Shown: positions 13,867 through 26,471 of the stretch, in pieces
How the letters are laid out: each line of letters starts with the position of its first letter
Numbering within the stretch: the first letter of the stretch is position 1
Origin: Octopus sinensis
Taxonomy: Eukaryota
Reading direction: 5' to 3'
Assembly: GCF_006345805.1 (NCBI RefSeq)
Contig: NC_043000.1
Location: 93,248,001 to 93,312,000, forward strand
Length of the DNA: 64,000 bases
The notes under the pieces: model-generated
The model's database searches: none
What the model saw: only the letters and a program-made list of their open reading frames with translations
What the model was told of the DNA's origin: nothing
Program-made: the position numbers and the translations under genes

Positions 13867-13916
13867 ATGTATGTATTCTCACATATTTTTTTCTCTCCTT
13901 GTTTCTTTCTATGTTC

Positions 13917-13952
13917 CTTTCTGAAGAAGAGTGTAGGCTCGAAACGTAAAAG
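13917..13952 (+). ncRNA. Minimal type I hammerhead ribozyme (Penelope-type)
   Basis: CTTT-CTGAAGA-A-GAGT-gtag-GCTC-GAAAC-GTA-AAAG: intact core, stem I CTTT/AAAG and loopless stem III ACGT. Lies in a ~170-bp element (13875-14042) ending at (TA)n. Confidence 0.7.
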
Positions 13953-14039
13953 ACTTTTCAAATTCCTGAGCATTATACTAATACATCTGTTTGTTTTCTA
14001 CACCACCTGTCTTCGTCTTTTGGTTTTTTCATGAATTCT

Positions 14040-14083
<44 letters not shown>

Positions 14084-14089
<6 letters not shown>

Positions 14090-14349
14090 GAGAAATAATC
14101 TCTATTAAGTAATTCAATTATTAGTGAAAGATATTATGTATAATAAACCATATAGAAAGATTTTAAATATATTATAATAAATATTATTTTTAAAATCTCT
14201 AAATTAGTCAATTTAATGTTTTTTTTAATTAAGTCATTTTTAGAATAATATTTATTATATTATATTCAAAATCTCTCTATATGATTTATTATAGATAATA
14301 TCTTTCACTATTAATTGAATTATTTAATAGAGGTTCTGTCTCTTAATTA
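14084..14349. repeat. AT-rich imperfect palindrome (foldback/MITE-like)
   Basis: AATTAAGAGA..CTCTATTAAGTAATTCAATTATTAGTGAAAGATATTAT.. is mirrored by ..ATAATATCTTTCACTATTAATTGAATTATTTAATAGAG..TCTCTTAATT. Flanked by (TA)n. Confidence 0.75.
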
Positions 14350-14356
14350 TATATAT

Positions 14357-14765
14357 AGGCGCAGGAGTGGCTGTGTGGTAAGTAGCTTGCTAACCAACCA
14401 CATGGTTCCGGGTTCAGTCCCACTGCGTGGCATCTTGGGCGAGTGTCTTCTGCTATAGCCCCGGGCCGACCAATGCCTTGTGAGTGGATTTGGTAGACGG
14501 AAACTGAAAGAAGCCTGTCGTATATATGAATATATATATGTATGTGTGTTTGTGTGTCTGTGTTTGTCCCCCTAGCATTGCTTGACAATCGATGCTGGTG
14601 TGTTTACGTCCCCGTCACAGCGGTTCGGCAAAAGAGACCGATAGAATAAGTACTGGGCTTACAAAGAATAAGTCCTGGGGTTGATTTGCTCGACTAAAGG
14701 CGGTGCTCCAGCATGGCCGCAGTCAAATGACTGAAACAAGTAAAAGAGTAAAAGAGTAAAAGAGT
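14357..14765 (+). mobile_element. SINE family A (near-consensus, CpG-retaining, likely young copy)
   Basis: GGCGCAGGAGTGGCTGTGTGGTAAGTAGC...GACTGAAACAAGTAAAAGAGTAAAAGAGTAAAAGAGT. Confidence 0.9.
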
Positions 14766-14861
14766 ATATTTATTATATATTGTGAAATTTGATTTAGTAT
14801 TGCTAAATTGAATTTTTCCCTGTAAGTTTGGAATTTTATATTCCCTTCTATTAATTATATA

Positions 14862-14894
<33 letters not shown>

Positions 14895-15924
14895 TTCACT
14901 GAGGAAAGCACAAGGAACTGGGTGATGTGGTGATTTGCTGTACTTGATAAGGCATGTCAAGCTAAGTAAAATCACTGTTTTCCAGACATGCAGGCTGGTC
15001 CTTTTAGGTGTCAGTGCCACTTATTAAGAACTGTGTGTTCCAATGCTGCACAAATGCACCCATGCCAGTGGCACGTACATAGTAACCAGCACACTCTGTG
15101 GAGTTGTTGGTGTTAGGTAGAGCATCCAGACATAGAAACCATACCAAAACACACACTGAAATCCGGTGCAATCTTCTACCTAGCCAGCCCTCAGTCAAAC
15201 CGTCCAATCCATGCCAGCATGGAAAGCAGACATTAAATGATGATGATGAGGCGGAGGATGATGATGAGGTGGAGGATGATGATGATACATATAAAAATGT
15301 ACATATGTATGTGTGAATATATATATATATATGTATATATATTGATTTAGTTTTGTATATATATTCCCTTTTAAAATTCTTATCTGCTTTGTTATTGTTT
15401 TTAAGTAAAGTGAATCCCTATTGGCAGTAAGCTTCGAGTATTCTCTGCGATGAGCATTCTTTTTTTTTATTTTTATTATATCTATATATTGTATTTATTT
15501 ATTTGTTATCTCATGCCATCATCACCTTGGTTCTAGTCTGCTACATGTATGTAATTATGGTCTGTGATAAAATACTAAGTTTTTATCTGGGAAAGAATGT
15601 ATATTGTGTAAGCTAGTTTTTCCCTCTGTGTGTTTGGGGACTTTTTACAGTCTGTTGAAAATTTATTACATAGAAAACAAAAACGAAACTGATGCAACAC
15701 AAAGAGTGATTGTTGTTGTTGTTATTGTTGTTGTTGTTGCTGTTGTTGCTGTTACCTTTAATAGAAATCTATTATATTTATAGCATGTACTTTTGTGTAA
15801 ACATTCTGCAACGCAAAATGTAACAAAAAATATAGGACACTACGTTTCCAGGCATATGTCCTTTTAGTGAGAATTGAAATTACGATCTTAAGATTTAAAA
15901 ACAAACTGCATGAAAGATATACAT

Positions 15925-16099
15925 TACGCAGGAGTTGCTGTGTGGTAAGTAGCTTGCTTACCAACCACATGGTTCCAGGTTCATTCCAACTGCGTGGCAC
16001 CGTGGGCAAGTGCCTTCTACGATAGCCTCGAGCCAACCAAAGCCTTGTGAGTGGATTTGGTAAATGGAAACTGAAAGAAGCCTGTCATATATATGTGTG

Positions 16100-16130
<31 letters not shown>

Positions 16131-16340
16131 ATATGTTTGTGTGTCTGTGTTTGTCTCCCCAACATCACTTGATAACCGATGGTGGTGTATTTACATCCCT
16201 GTAACTTAGCAGTTCAGCGAAAGAGAATGATAAAATAAGTATTAGGCTTACAAAGAATAAGTCCTGGGGTCGATTTGCTCGACTAAAGGTGGTGCTCCAG
16301 CATGGTCACAATCAACTGACTGAAACAAGTAAAAGAGTAC
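15925..16340 (+). mobile_element. SINE family A
   Basis: Full-length copy. Confidence 0.85.
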
Positions 16341-16371
16341 TAATGTAAACCTCTACTGTCTTTTGCATCAG

Positions 16372-16700
16372 GACTAAAGGACTCTCTTCGGTCATGAATA
16401 ACTATGGGTTTGCACCTAGAAAGTTACCCACCTACACACAATTCAGGCAAAGTTGTATATGGAAGACAAACAGTCACCTATGCATACCAGCCTCCCCTCT
16501 CCATGCCACTGGTGTTATCCAAAGGAATGGCAAAGGCCAATACAACTTGGCACTAGTGACATCGCAAATCCTTTCTACAGCTGAATGAACTGAAGCAAGA
16601 TGAAATAAAATGTCTTGCTCAAGAACACAACACACAACCCGGTCCAGGAATTGAACTCACTACCTTATGATTGTAAGCCTGACACTGAGCCTATGCATAT
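16372..16700 (-). mobile_element. SINE family D (tRNA head, CORE-like CTTGAGCAAGACA block)
   Basis: Reverse complement of 22750-23090. Another minus copy lies at 19233-19515. Confidence 0.75.
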
Positions 16701-18074
16701 CTGAAACACTAATATTCTTGAAGATAAAAATAGTCCATGTAGCTGTTGGATTATCTTTAGCTTCTATGTTGTTAAATGTATGGAAAGATAAATCCACATT
16801 TAATGAGATAAGACCCACCTGCACAAGCAGAAAGAAAACCTCATCATCTTCACTGTCCAGTTTGGATGGTTTACTCTACAAATTACATATGGTCGTATCA
16901 GACTTTCTCAGTGACCGCTTGGCAGACAATTACTGCAACTTGATGATGAGTTAGAGAATTTCCGTTGCTGTCAACTGAAGAGTGGTAATAATGCAGCTGA
17001 GAAAGGATACTGACAAATGAGACTTAGTGGAAAGCTTTTGGCCGATACCGCTGCTAAATGCAAACTTTACGATGGTTCAGTGTGTGTAAAGCTTAAAATG
17101 CTATTGGTTAACAGTAATACATAAGTAGTTTCATTATAAGATGGTAAGCTGGCAGAACCGTTAGCATGCCAGGTGATATGCTTAGTGGCATTTCATCTGT
17201 CTTTACATTCTGAGTTCTATTACCATTGGGGTCGACTTTGCCTTTCATCCTTTTAGGGGTCAATAAAATAAGTACCAGTTGAGTAACTGGGATTGATGTA
17301 AATGGCTAGCCCCATTCTTCAAAGATTTTTTTTCACAACCAGGCTTCTTTCAGTTTCCATCTACCAAGTCCACTCATAAAGCTTTGGTTAACCTGCAGCA
17401 ATAGTAGAAGTCACTTGCCCAAGGTGCCATGTAATGGGACTAAACCCAGAATCATGTGGTTGAGAAGCAAGCTTCTTACCAAACAGCTACATCTGTGCCT
17501 ATATATAATTTGAAGGAAATTTGGTTGCTATTTCTAGCAAAACAAAATATATAATGTAAAAGCTTTTCATTGGCTTGTGTATGATATAATTAATTGCATA
17601 ACCATTTACTATTTACCTGGTGTTTCCATGAAAGAAATGACTTCTCAAACATTCTTGCTCAATGTTTCTGTGGAACCAGCAATTGACTTGTCACTTGGAA
17701 TTTCTAAGGAACAAACAGATTACTTAAAAGCATCATTCCTGCAATTATATTAAGAAACATTTCATGACACGCATATAGAATGAAATGAAACACGGATGTC
17801 ACAAAATCCAGAACTGAGACTATTGAAGTTTAAAGTAAAAACCTCAATATGAACAAAATAAAAGGTGCCTACCCCACTTTGTCCAGTTTTCATTTTTGTT
17901 ATAGTTTGGTCAAAGGAGAAGCAGAGGCAACTATGATGTTTGCTGATTCTCTGAGACTGGTTGAGAAAAATACAAAGTGACTGAGACCTTTTGCAATATG
18001 TCATGCATGAGAAGACTCATCAAACCAAGTGAAACCGTAGTTGTGTCTGATGCTGGCACCTCTGTAGCTATTCA

Positions 18075-18510
18075 GAAACAGTAAACAGATACCTGTTCAC
18101 TCCTGTGTCCCTTAACAAACAGTAAGAGAACACCAGTTTACTCTTTTATCAATTAACAAGCAGTTAACAGATATCTATCCATTAACAAACAATAAATGGC
18201 CAAGTCCACCAATTAACAAACTGTAAACTGTAAACAGATATCAGTCCACGCCTGTAGTAGTCAACCTGCACCAGATAGCTACTTGTCTACCTTTGTATCT
18301 ATTAACAAACAGTAAGCAGATACCTCTCCACTCCTGTGTCCATTAGTAAGCAGTAAGTAGACACAACACCACTCCTGTACCCAGAAACAAGCAGGAAATG
18401 GACATCTGTCCACTTCTGTGTCTGAAGTCCACTTCTGTGTTAACAAACCATAAATGGATATCAGTCCACATCTGTAGTAATTAACAAATAGCATATGGCT
18501 ACCTGTCCAT
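18075..18510. repeat. Degenerate ~40-bp minisatellite
   Basis: Recurring unit resembling ATTAACAAACAGTAAGCAGATACCTCTCCACTCCTGTGTCC, about 10 diverged copies. Confidence 0.7.
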
Positions 18511-20112
18511 GATAACGGTCACCATTCCTCCCTCAAAGTCCTTTAAGAGACAATAGCCAAGCACAAATCCCAACAATTAGTGTGAACTGAGACGATGCAT
18601 AGAATCATAGCGGAATACCAACTTTGGTCTTGAACACTTGACTTAGTAGGTGGTTGTCCCAGTTCTCTATTCTTTTAACCATTTGGCTATTATCACAGGT
18701 CACAAACTGATAGAATTACTAACATTCCTGGTATTCATTCTCAGTCTGAATGCTATGATTCTGAATTCCTCTAAGGATATCTTTGCTTTCCATTCTTTTG
18801 AAGACAATTAACATTAAATTTCAATGATGAATGGTTCAGACAGAATTGTTTTTGCATTGCTAATGTTGTTATACAGCATTAGGCTCATCTCTTTGCATTC
18901 TGAGTCCAAATTTCACATGTGGTTCAAAGGACAAATGAAGCAAGAATGAGTATTGAGGATGGTAGAAACATCTGGCCCAGAGTTGCAAACATCTATCTCA
19001 ATGAAGCTTGTACTGTTGTATGGGAGTTTTGTCTCCTTTATTAATAGGTGGCCCCCAGGCAACTTGAGTATTATTCTGGAAGGGGTTGAAACATCTACAG
19101 AGCTGCTCTGCCACATGATGAGACAGAGTACAGCAGTGCCCTCTGCACATAAGTGCTTACCCTAAAATCATTGGGTCAAGACTAACCCACCTGCCCTCAG
19201 GAGGAACCTGCAATTGGTCAGGATAGACAGGTAAAGGATAAAGACCCTCTTTGGTGTTGAATGACCATGGGATTATACACAGAAAGTTACCCTTTGAGGC
19301 ACAAGTCCAGGCAAGGTTGCTAATTGAAGACCAGCAGTCACTCATGCATACCAACCTCCCCTCTCCGTGCCACCAATGTTGTCCAAGGGAACAACAAACA
19401 CTGATGCCGCTTGGCACCAGTTATGTCGCAACTCATTTCTACAGGTGAGTGAACTGGAGTAACATAAAATAAAGTGTCTTTCTCAAGAGGACAATACACA
19501 GGCCAGTCTGGGAACTGCATAGACAGGTAGGCCCTACAATATGCATGAACTAACAATCAGTGGTGTGCTGAGGTTTTCATTCAACACCAGATTAACAATG
19601 GTAGACGTGAATAATTTCATCCCCACCACCCCAACACCAAACTAAATATTCCAAGTCATTTATTACAATTTTCAACTATATTTGCTATTTCTCTGCGACC
19701 ATGGCACCGGAGGATCGAAATTGTAAATTTAAGGCTAAATTATTTGTGGCTAAAAGAAAAATAGACAAGACAGAACTATTAAGAAAATTACAAAAGAGAA
19801 AAATAAAAAGTAGAAAAGAGGAATGAATAAGATGGTAACGGTCGCAGACAACATTGTGATTATTCGTTGAGAGAAACATTCAGAATTTAACTTTATATTC
19901 TTGGGTTATACAGAACATATTCGCATTCATTCTTCTTTCATCAGAAAAAGAGTTTTAGCAACTGTATTTCTTCTTCTTCTTCTTCTTCTTCTTCTTCTTC
20001 TTCTTCTTCTTCTTCTTCTTCTTCTTCTTCTTCTTCTTCTTCTTCTTCTTCTTCTTCTTCTTCTTCTTCTTCTTCTTTCTTCTTCTTCTTCTTCTTCTTC
20101 TTCTTTTTTCTT

Positions 20113-20143
<31 letters not shown>

Positions 20144-21058
20144 TTCTTCTTCTTCTTCTTCTTTTTTCTTCTTCTTCTTCTTCTTATTATTATTATATTA
20201 TTATTATTATTTTATTATTATTATTTTTCTCCTTCTTCTTCTTCTTCTTCTTCTTCTTCTTCTTCTTCCTTTTCTTCTTCTTCTCGTATTTCCTATTTAC
20301 ATCTTGTTCTTCAATAGGGTTCTTTCATTTTGGTTGTGGCGGTATTGTGGAAAAAGAATGAAACAAAATGAAAGGACGTGTGGGATAAAACAGCATTGAA
20401 TTGCAGAGTAGTCTTGGAGAATGAGAAAGGAACGGTGGGCAGTGAACAGGGGGGGGTTGGAGTGGGCATCTCTCTCAACACTGCTGTCTCTGCCAAGCCA
20501 GCATCATCACCACCACCACCACCACCACCACCACCACCACCACCACCACCACCACCACCACCACCACCACCACCACCACCACTATCCCCACCACCACCAC
20601 TGTAAGTAATATTAGGACTAATTACCAATCTATCAAGACCACCAAGTTTATTACCCCTACTACCATAACCAGCAAAAACCACCACCATCATCAACACCAT
20701 CATCACCATCATCCTCATCATCATCATCTGCACTACCACCACATCAACAAAATTACTACTACTACAACTACTATTATTACTACTACTACTACTATTACTT
20801 CTTCTCTCATTATTGCTACCATAAATGCTATTACCACTTATGTCAGGCCTTTGCCCTGTCTGGAAAATGAAAATTTGAAATAGGAATCGAATGATAATCT
20901 ACCTATGTGTCTGTGCTTGAGAGTGAAAGAGGGGGAGAGGGGGAAAGAGAGACGGACAGGGACAGAGACAGAGAGAAGAGACAGATAGGGATAGGTAGAT
21001 TGTGTGAATGTGTGTGAAGGGTTGTTTATCTGGCCCTTGATATAATATTCTCATATTC

Positions 21059-21112
<54 letters not shown>

Positions 21113-21153
21113 TTATCTGTATTTTTTTCTCTCTCTCTCTCATTCTCTCCCCA

Positions 21154-21192
<39 letters not shown>

Positions 21193-21596
21193 GACCATTT
21201 TTATCAATATATATATTATATTATATATATATAATGCATAATCCTTCTATTATGTATTATGTATCTAACCACATGCATTTCCCCTTTTAGGCTCTATTTC
21301 TTTCTTTCCTCCCTCCACCCCTCTCTCTCCTCTCTCTCTCTCTCTCTTTTTCTCTCCATCTCTTTATATGTATGCATGTGTGTTCGTTGTGAGAGCATGT
21401 ATTTGTATAATTATTCTAAAGAGGGGACAGACAGTCAGAAGGTAACTACATGAAGCCCAAAAATGTTTATGGGTAATTGTAGATAATAATTGGATAAATA
21501 GAAAGGTAAATACAAAACCATACACACACACACACACATATGGGAAGAGTGATAGAGAAAGAGAGGGAAAGATAGACAAATAGATGTAGATATATA

Positions 21597-21925
21597 GGTG
21601 CAGGAATGTGTGGTAAGAAGCTTGCTTCTCAACAACATGGTTCCAGGTTCAATCCTATTGTGTAGCACCTTGGGCAAGTGTCTTCTGCTATAGCCTCAGG
21701 TTGACCAAAGCCTTGTGAGTGGGTTTGGTAGATGGAAACTGAAAGAAGCCTGTCATATATATATATTTATATGTATATGTATCTACCACCACCACTATCG
21801 CTTGTTGACAACTCGTACTGGTGTGTTTATGTCCCCATAACTTAGTAGTTTGGCAAATAAGACTGACAGAATTTTAAAAAATAAGTTTAAAAAATAAGTA
21901 CTGGGATCGATTCATGTGACTAAAA
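21597..21925 (+). mobile_element. SINE family A (diverged subfamily)
   Basis: Head and CORE block are clear; the tail is truncated. Confidence 0.75.
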
Positions 21926-22064
21926 ATACAAGGCATTTGAAATGGGAAGCGTTGTAGAAGTTCCTCCCACAATAAATGGTGTTAACTTCATTACCAGCAC
22001 AAGTGATACAAATAGGTAGACATGAATAAAGCCTCCCCTGTAAATTTCCACTTTCCCTCAAATA

Positions 22065-22478
22065 CCTATTTCTTTACTACTCACAAGGGGCTAAACACAG
22101 AGAGGACAAACAAGGACAGACAAACGGATTAAGTCAATTATATTGACCCCAGTGCATAACTGGTACTCATTTAATTGACCCCAAAAGGATGAAAGGCAAA
22201 GTCGACCTCGGCAGAATTTGAACTCAGAATGTAGCAGCAGACGAAATACTTATTTCTTTATTACCCACAAAGGGCTGAACACAGAGAGGACAAACAAGGA
22301 CAGACAAATGGATTAAGTCAATTATATTGACCCCAGTGCATAACTGGTACTTATTTAATTGACCCCAAAAGGATGAAAGGCAAAGTCGACCTCAGTGGAA
22401 TTTGAACTCAGAACACAAAGACAGATGAAATACCGCAAAGTATTTCATCCAGCGTGCTAATATTTCTGCCAGCTCGTT
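22065..22478 (-). mobile_element. SINE B variant with a tandemly duplicated ~184-bp 3' part
   Basis: Two direct copies of TTTCTTTA..CACAAGGGGCT.AACACAGAGAGGACAAACAAGGACAGAC...GTCGACCTC.G.GGAATTTGAACTCAGAA. Confidence 0.75.
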
Positions 22479-22749
22479 CGTCTTGTCACTGTAATATGAC
22501 ATGTCCTGTGAAAATCTGAGAGCAATAGCTGAAGTAATGATGGCAATATTTAGTTGTACAAGGAACAAGTTACAGTAGCTTGAATGTTCCGCTGCATGAA
22601 GAGATATATTTACACCAGAATTCTTCTTCACGTCTTGGTAGACATCAATCACATGTGGCAGGAGAATGAGATTTTTAGCACTATGATGGGAATACTCCAG
22701 TTCAACAAATGAAGATGCAAATAAGCAATACATGATTTCCTGATGCATG

Positions 22750-23090
22750 TGAAGGCACATGGCCCAGGGGTTGGAGCATTGGGCTTACAAACCTGAAGTA
22801 GTGAGTTCAATTCCCAGGTCAGGCCGTGTGTGTTGTGTTCTTGAGCAAGGCACTTTATTTCATGTGCTCCAGAACAATCAGCTGTAGAAATGAGTTGTGA
22901 TATCACTGATGCCAAGCTGTATCAGTCATTGCTTTACCCTTGGGTAACATGGTGGCATGGAAAGGGGAGGCTGGTATGCATGGATGACTGCTGGTCTTCC
23001 ATAAACAACATTGCCCGGATTTGTGCCCTGGTGGGTAATGTTCTAGGTGTAATCTCATAGTCATTCATGACCAAAGGGGATCTTTACCCT
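22750..23090 (+). mobile_element. SINE family D
   Basis: GAAGGCACATGGCCCAG.GGTT (A-box), GAGTTCAATTCCC (B-box), TTCTTGAGCAAGGCACTTTATTTCA and tail GGATCTTTACCC. Copies at 30391-30730 and 30812-31111. Confidence 0.8.
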
Positions 23091-23761
23091 AAGATTTGGG
23101 CCAAAGTGTGAGTAAAGGGGCTAACATTTGTCATCAGTAATCCTTTCTTATACATATTTAAGGTTTGAAATTTTAACTAGGGGACCATTTGATTACATGA
23201 ATCCCAGTGATATACTGGTGCTTATTTCATCGACCTCAAAAAGACAAAATGCAAAAAAATGGATCTTGGCAGCATTTAAACTCAGAATATAAAGCCAGAA
23301 TAAATGTTGTCCAGCATTCTGTCCAGCATATTACTAACTCTGCTAACTCACCATGTATTTGTCATCAGTAATGTGATTTGGAAAGCACAGATCCATGCAA
23401 TCCCAAACAGAACTATCTGTGACTCCTAACGTTTCATACAATACGTCATTGATAGGGTAGGTAACAAAATCTGGCTTTGCTGGGTTTCTGATCAACCTGG
23501 ATCGAATGAATGCATTCAATAGGATCATTTGCTAAAGACTTTGCCTTTCATAAAATGCAAGTAACTAAACCCTTCTCTTCAAAAACTGTGGGCCTTGCAC
23601 CAAAACCTGAAACCATCATCATCATTATCATCATCATCATGGTGGCAAGCTGGCAGAATTGTTAGCACGCTTGACAAAGTACTAAACTGCATTTCACCTG
23701 TCTACATTCTGAGTTCAAATTCCACCAAGGTCAGCTTAGCCTTTCATCCTAATTGGATGCT

Positions 23762-23799
<38 letters not shown>

Positions 23800-24084
23800 A
23801 TAATATTTATAATACAAAATTAGAAAATGGAGGAATAGATTTCTTTCAATCATCTACTTCCAGATAATACCAATTCATATAATTTATTAACTAATTATTT
23901 AGATTAAATCGGAACATCCAAATCCAAAAGAATAAGACAGAATAAAACAATATACATCAATAAGTAAGATAATACCATAAGAATAATAGATATAAAATGG
24001 ATCTTACAGCTGTTTCAGCCTATGATATCCTATAGTGGGTTACACTCATAACCCCTATCTCACTTTGTACTTTTATATAATATC

Positions 24085-24135
<51 letters not shown>

Positions 24136-24148
24136 ATGCGTGTGTGGA

Positions 24149-24392
24149 GAAGGGAAAGAAAGGGGAAAATAGGAAGGCTTCTGACAATGCAGAAAGTTTT
24201 ACAAAACCTTTATATTTCAGACATAAGGGCCCATCATCAGAAGGAAACAGTCTAGGAAATGTCCAGTTACACTGGTTCTCTTACCCAGATTATTTTCTTC
24301 TGAGGATGGACCCTTATGTCTGAAATATAAAGGTTTTATAAAACTCTCTCCATTGTCAAAAGCTTTCTTATTTTCCCTTTTCTTTCTTTTCT
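24149..24392. mobile_element. Inverted-repeat element with two opposed HHR motifs
   Basis: Arms of ~95 bp. Plus 24296-24333 reads TCTT-CTGAGGA-T-GGAC-ccttat-GTCT-GAAAT-ATA-AAGG. Minus 24207-24244 reads CCTT-CTGATGA-T-GGGC-ccttat-GTCT-GAAAT-ATA-AAGG. Confidence 0.7.
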
Positions 24393-24756
24393 TGATATAT
24401 CATCATAGGTAGGTCGACTCCAAAAGGGGTCTCAGGGAGTAGCGTTCCTGCCTTCCTCAGCTAGTTTTCCACCACAAATTTTGTGGTAGAAGCCTTAGTC
24501 TCAGGGCCACTCATATCTAGAAATTGAGGTTGGGGTTAAGCAAGGGCATGCTCACCAGCTCCAAAACGCCTCATGATAGCAAAGGAGAATGGGCACCCCA
24601 ACCTTTGGGCTGGGCTGCTCCTGCATACCTCAGTTGCTATGGCATTGAGGTAGATCCAGCCACCCCCATTAACAGGGGCAAAACCCAGACTTAAAACACT
24701 GGATAATGATAAATTTGTTTTGCAAGATTCCTGATGTGAAATCATGTGTTGAAACA

Positions 24757-25149
24757 GATATTGTTATGTTTCAGGTTGGTCATTTGTAGTTTTTCTTGCC
24801 AAATAAACATGCATTATAAATTCATTCTTCGTTTGCTTATTGTTGTTGTTCTTTTATAGTATGTCCATTGTCTGGTAATCCTTCATCACACATCTGTGAC
24901 GTCTTCAGTGACTCATCTGTCCCACATATTTCCTCCTGTCCTGTTTAGTCCATTCTGCCTTGGACTAAATAGACAAAACAGGACAGGAGGAGTCACTGAA
25001 GAGGTCACAGATGTGTGACAAAAGATTTCCAGAAAATGGACATAAGATAAAATAAGAACAATAATAAATGAGTGCTGAATGAATATATAACGTGTGTGCT
25101 TATTTGGCAAGAAAAAAACAAATGACCATCTCGAAATATAACTATGTGT
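24757..25149. mobile_element. Inverted-repeat element with decayed HHR-like motifs
   Basis: Imperfect arms of ~155 bp. CTGAAGA-G-GTCAC-agatgt-GTGAC-(G>A)AAA occurs at 24996-25023, with a mirrored copy at ~24880-24914. Confidence 0.55.
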
Positions 25150-25150
25150 G

Positions 25151-25193
<43 letters not shown>

Positions 25194-26471
25194 TCATACT
25201 TGTATTAGAATAAAATACATTGACCAACACACATAAATGAAGACATATAGCAAGACCTTTCTATACACGTGTCCAGCCAACCATGACCTTACCTCCAGAA
25301 GTCAGATGCTCACTAAAACCGTCTAGACGGAGCAAACAATGTCTTTTTTGGAAAGGACAAGAAAGTTCATTTCTTTTATCACCAAGATCATACACACACA
25401 CACACACTATATATATATATATATATTTATATACACTCGCCATATATATATGTACTTGTATGTATGTACATACATGTATATTTATTTATAAGCAAATATA
25501 TATATATATATATAATATATATATATGCATGCATGTATGTATACATTCATACATACACACATACATATATATATGTGTGTGTATGAGTATGTATGTATGT
25601 ATGTATATATGGGTGAGGTGTTTGTGGTGGTGGAGGGGTGAAACATTACTTTTCATTTGCAATCTTCATTCATTCAACGAAATCTAAGGAAGGAAGAAAG
25701 AAAAAAATAGATGAAAAAATAATAAACAAAAGCAAAATAGAAAATAAAAGACAGAAAGAATCAACGAAAGAAAGAAAGAAAGAAAAAAGAAAGAAGGAAA
25801 GGAAGAACAAATGAAAGGGTGGAGAATATTGAATGGAAATTAAAGAAAATTACCAATATTGAGTGGTAGCGAGACAAGAAAAGTGCAGTGGAAAGCCAAG
25901 GGAACCATGAAGTAACAAAAGAACATTCTTTTAGATTCCACGAAAAGATGATTGAAGCTGAATTATTATGAGATGCAGAATTATTATCTCAGTTTTGTGA
26001 TATGTTTATAAGGACGGGTCACTGTGCAATATTAATTGTTTCACTAGTCACTGATATGGCTTCAGAAAGGATGGCAATGAGGGTCATTCGAAATGCAAGA
26101 AATAGCAGCTAAATTTCTTTCAAATAAAACTGCCCTAATGCCCTATTCCACTTTCCATTTTGATCCCAACCTGTCTGAGACAGGTTATATGATACAAGCT
26201 TCCTATTCTGAAACTGGTATTGTTAGGTCATCGGAAGAAACCTGACATAGTTATATTGGTTTCAATTTTTGGCACTAGGCCAGAAATTTCAGGAGAGCGG
26301 TAAGTCGATTATATAAACCCTAATGCTTAACTATTACTTCTTTTATAAGCACCAAAAAGAAGAAAGGCAAAGTCGACCTTGGAAGAATTTGAACACAGAA
26401 CATACGAAATGCCACTAAGCATTTTGTCTGGCATGCTAACGATTCTGCCAGCTAGCCACCTTGTGATATAT

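Noticed and set aside
16860-16925. GLLYKLHMVVSDFLSDRL resembling a CR1/jockey RT segment
   Set aside because: Too short, with no neighbouring RT motifs recognisable.
24425-24512. Possible HDV-like ribozyme in a GC-richer segment (hairpin TTCCACCAC/GTGGTAGAA, TTCCTC loop)
   Set aside because: I could not build convincing P1 and P3 helices by hand. A descriptor search on the family consensus would be needed.
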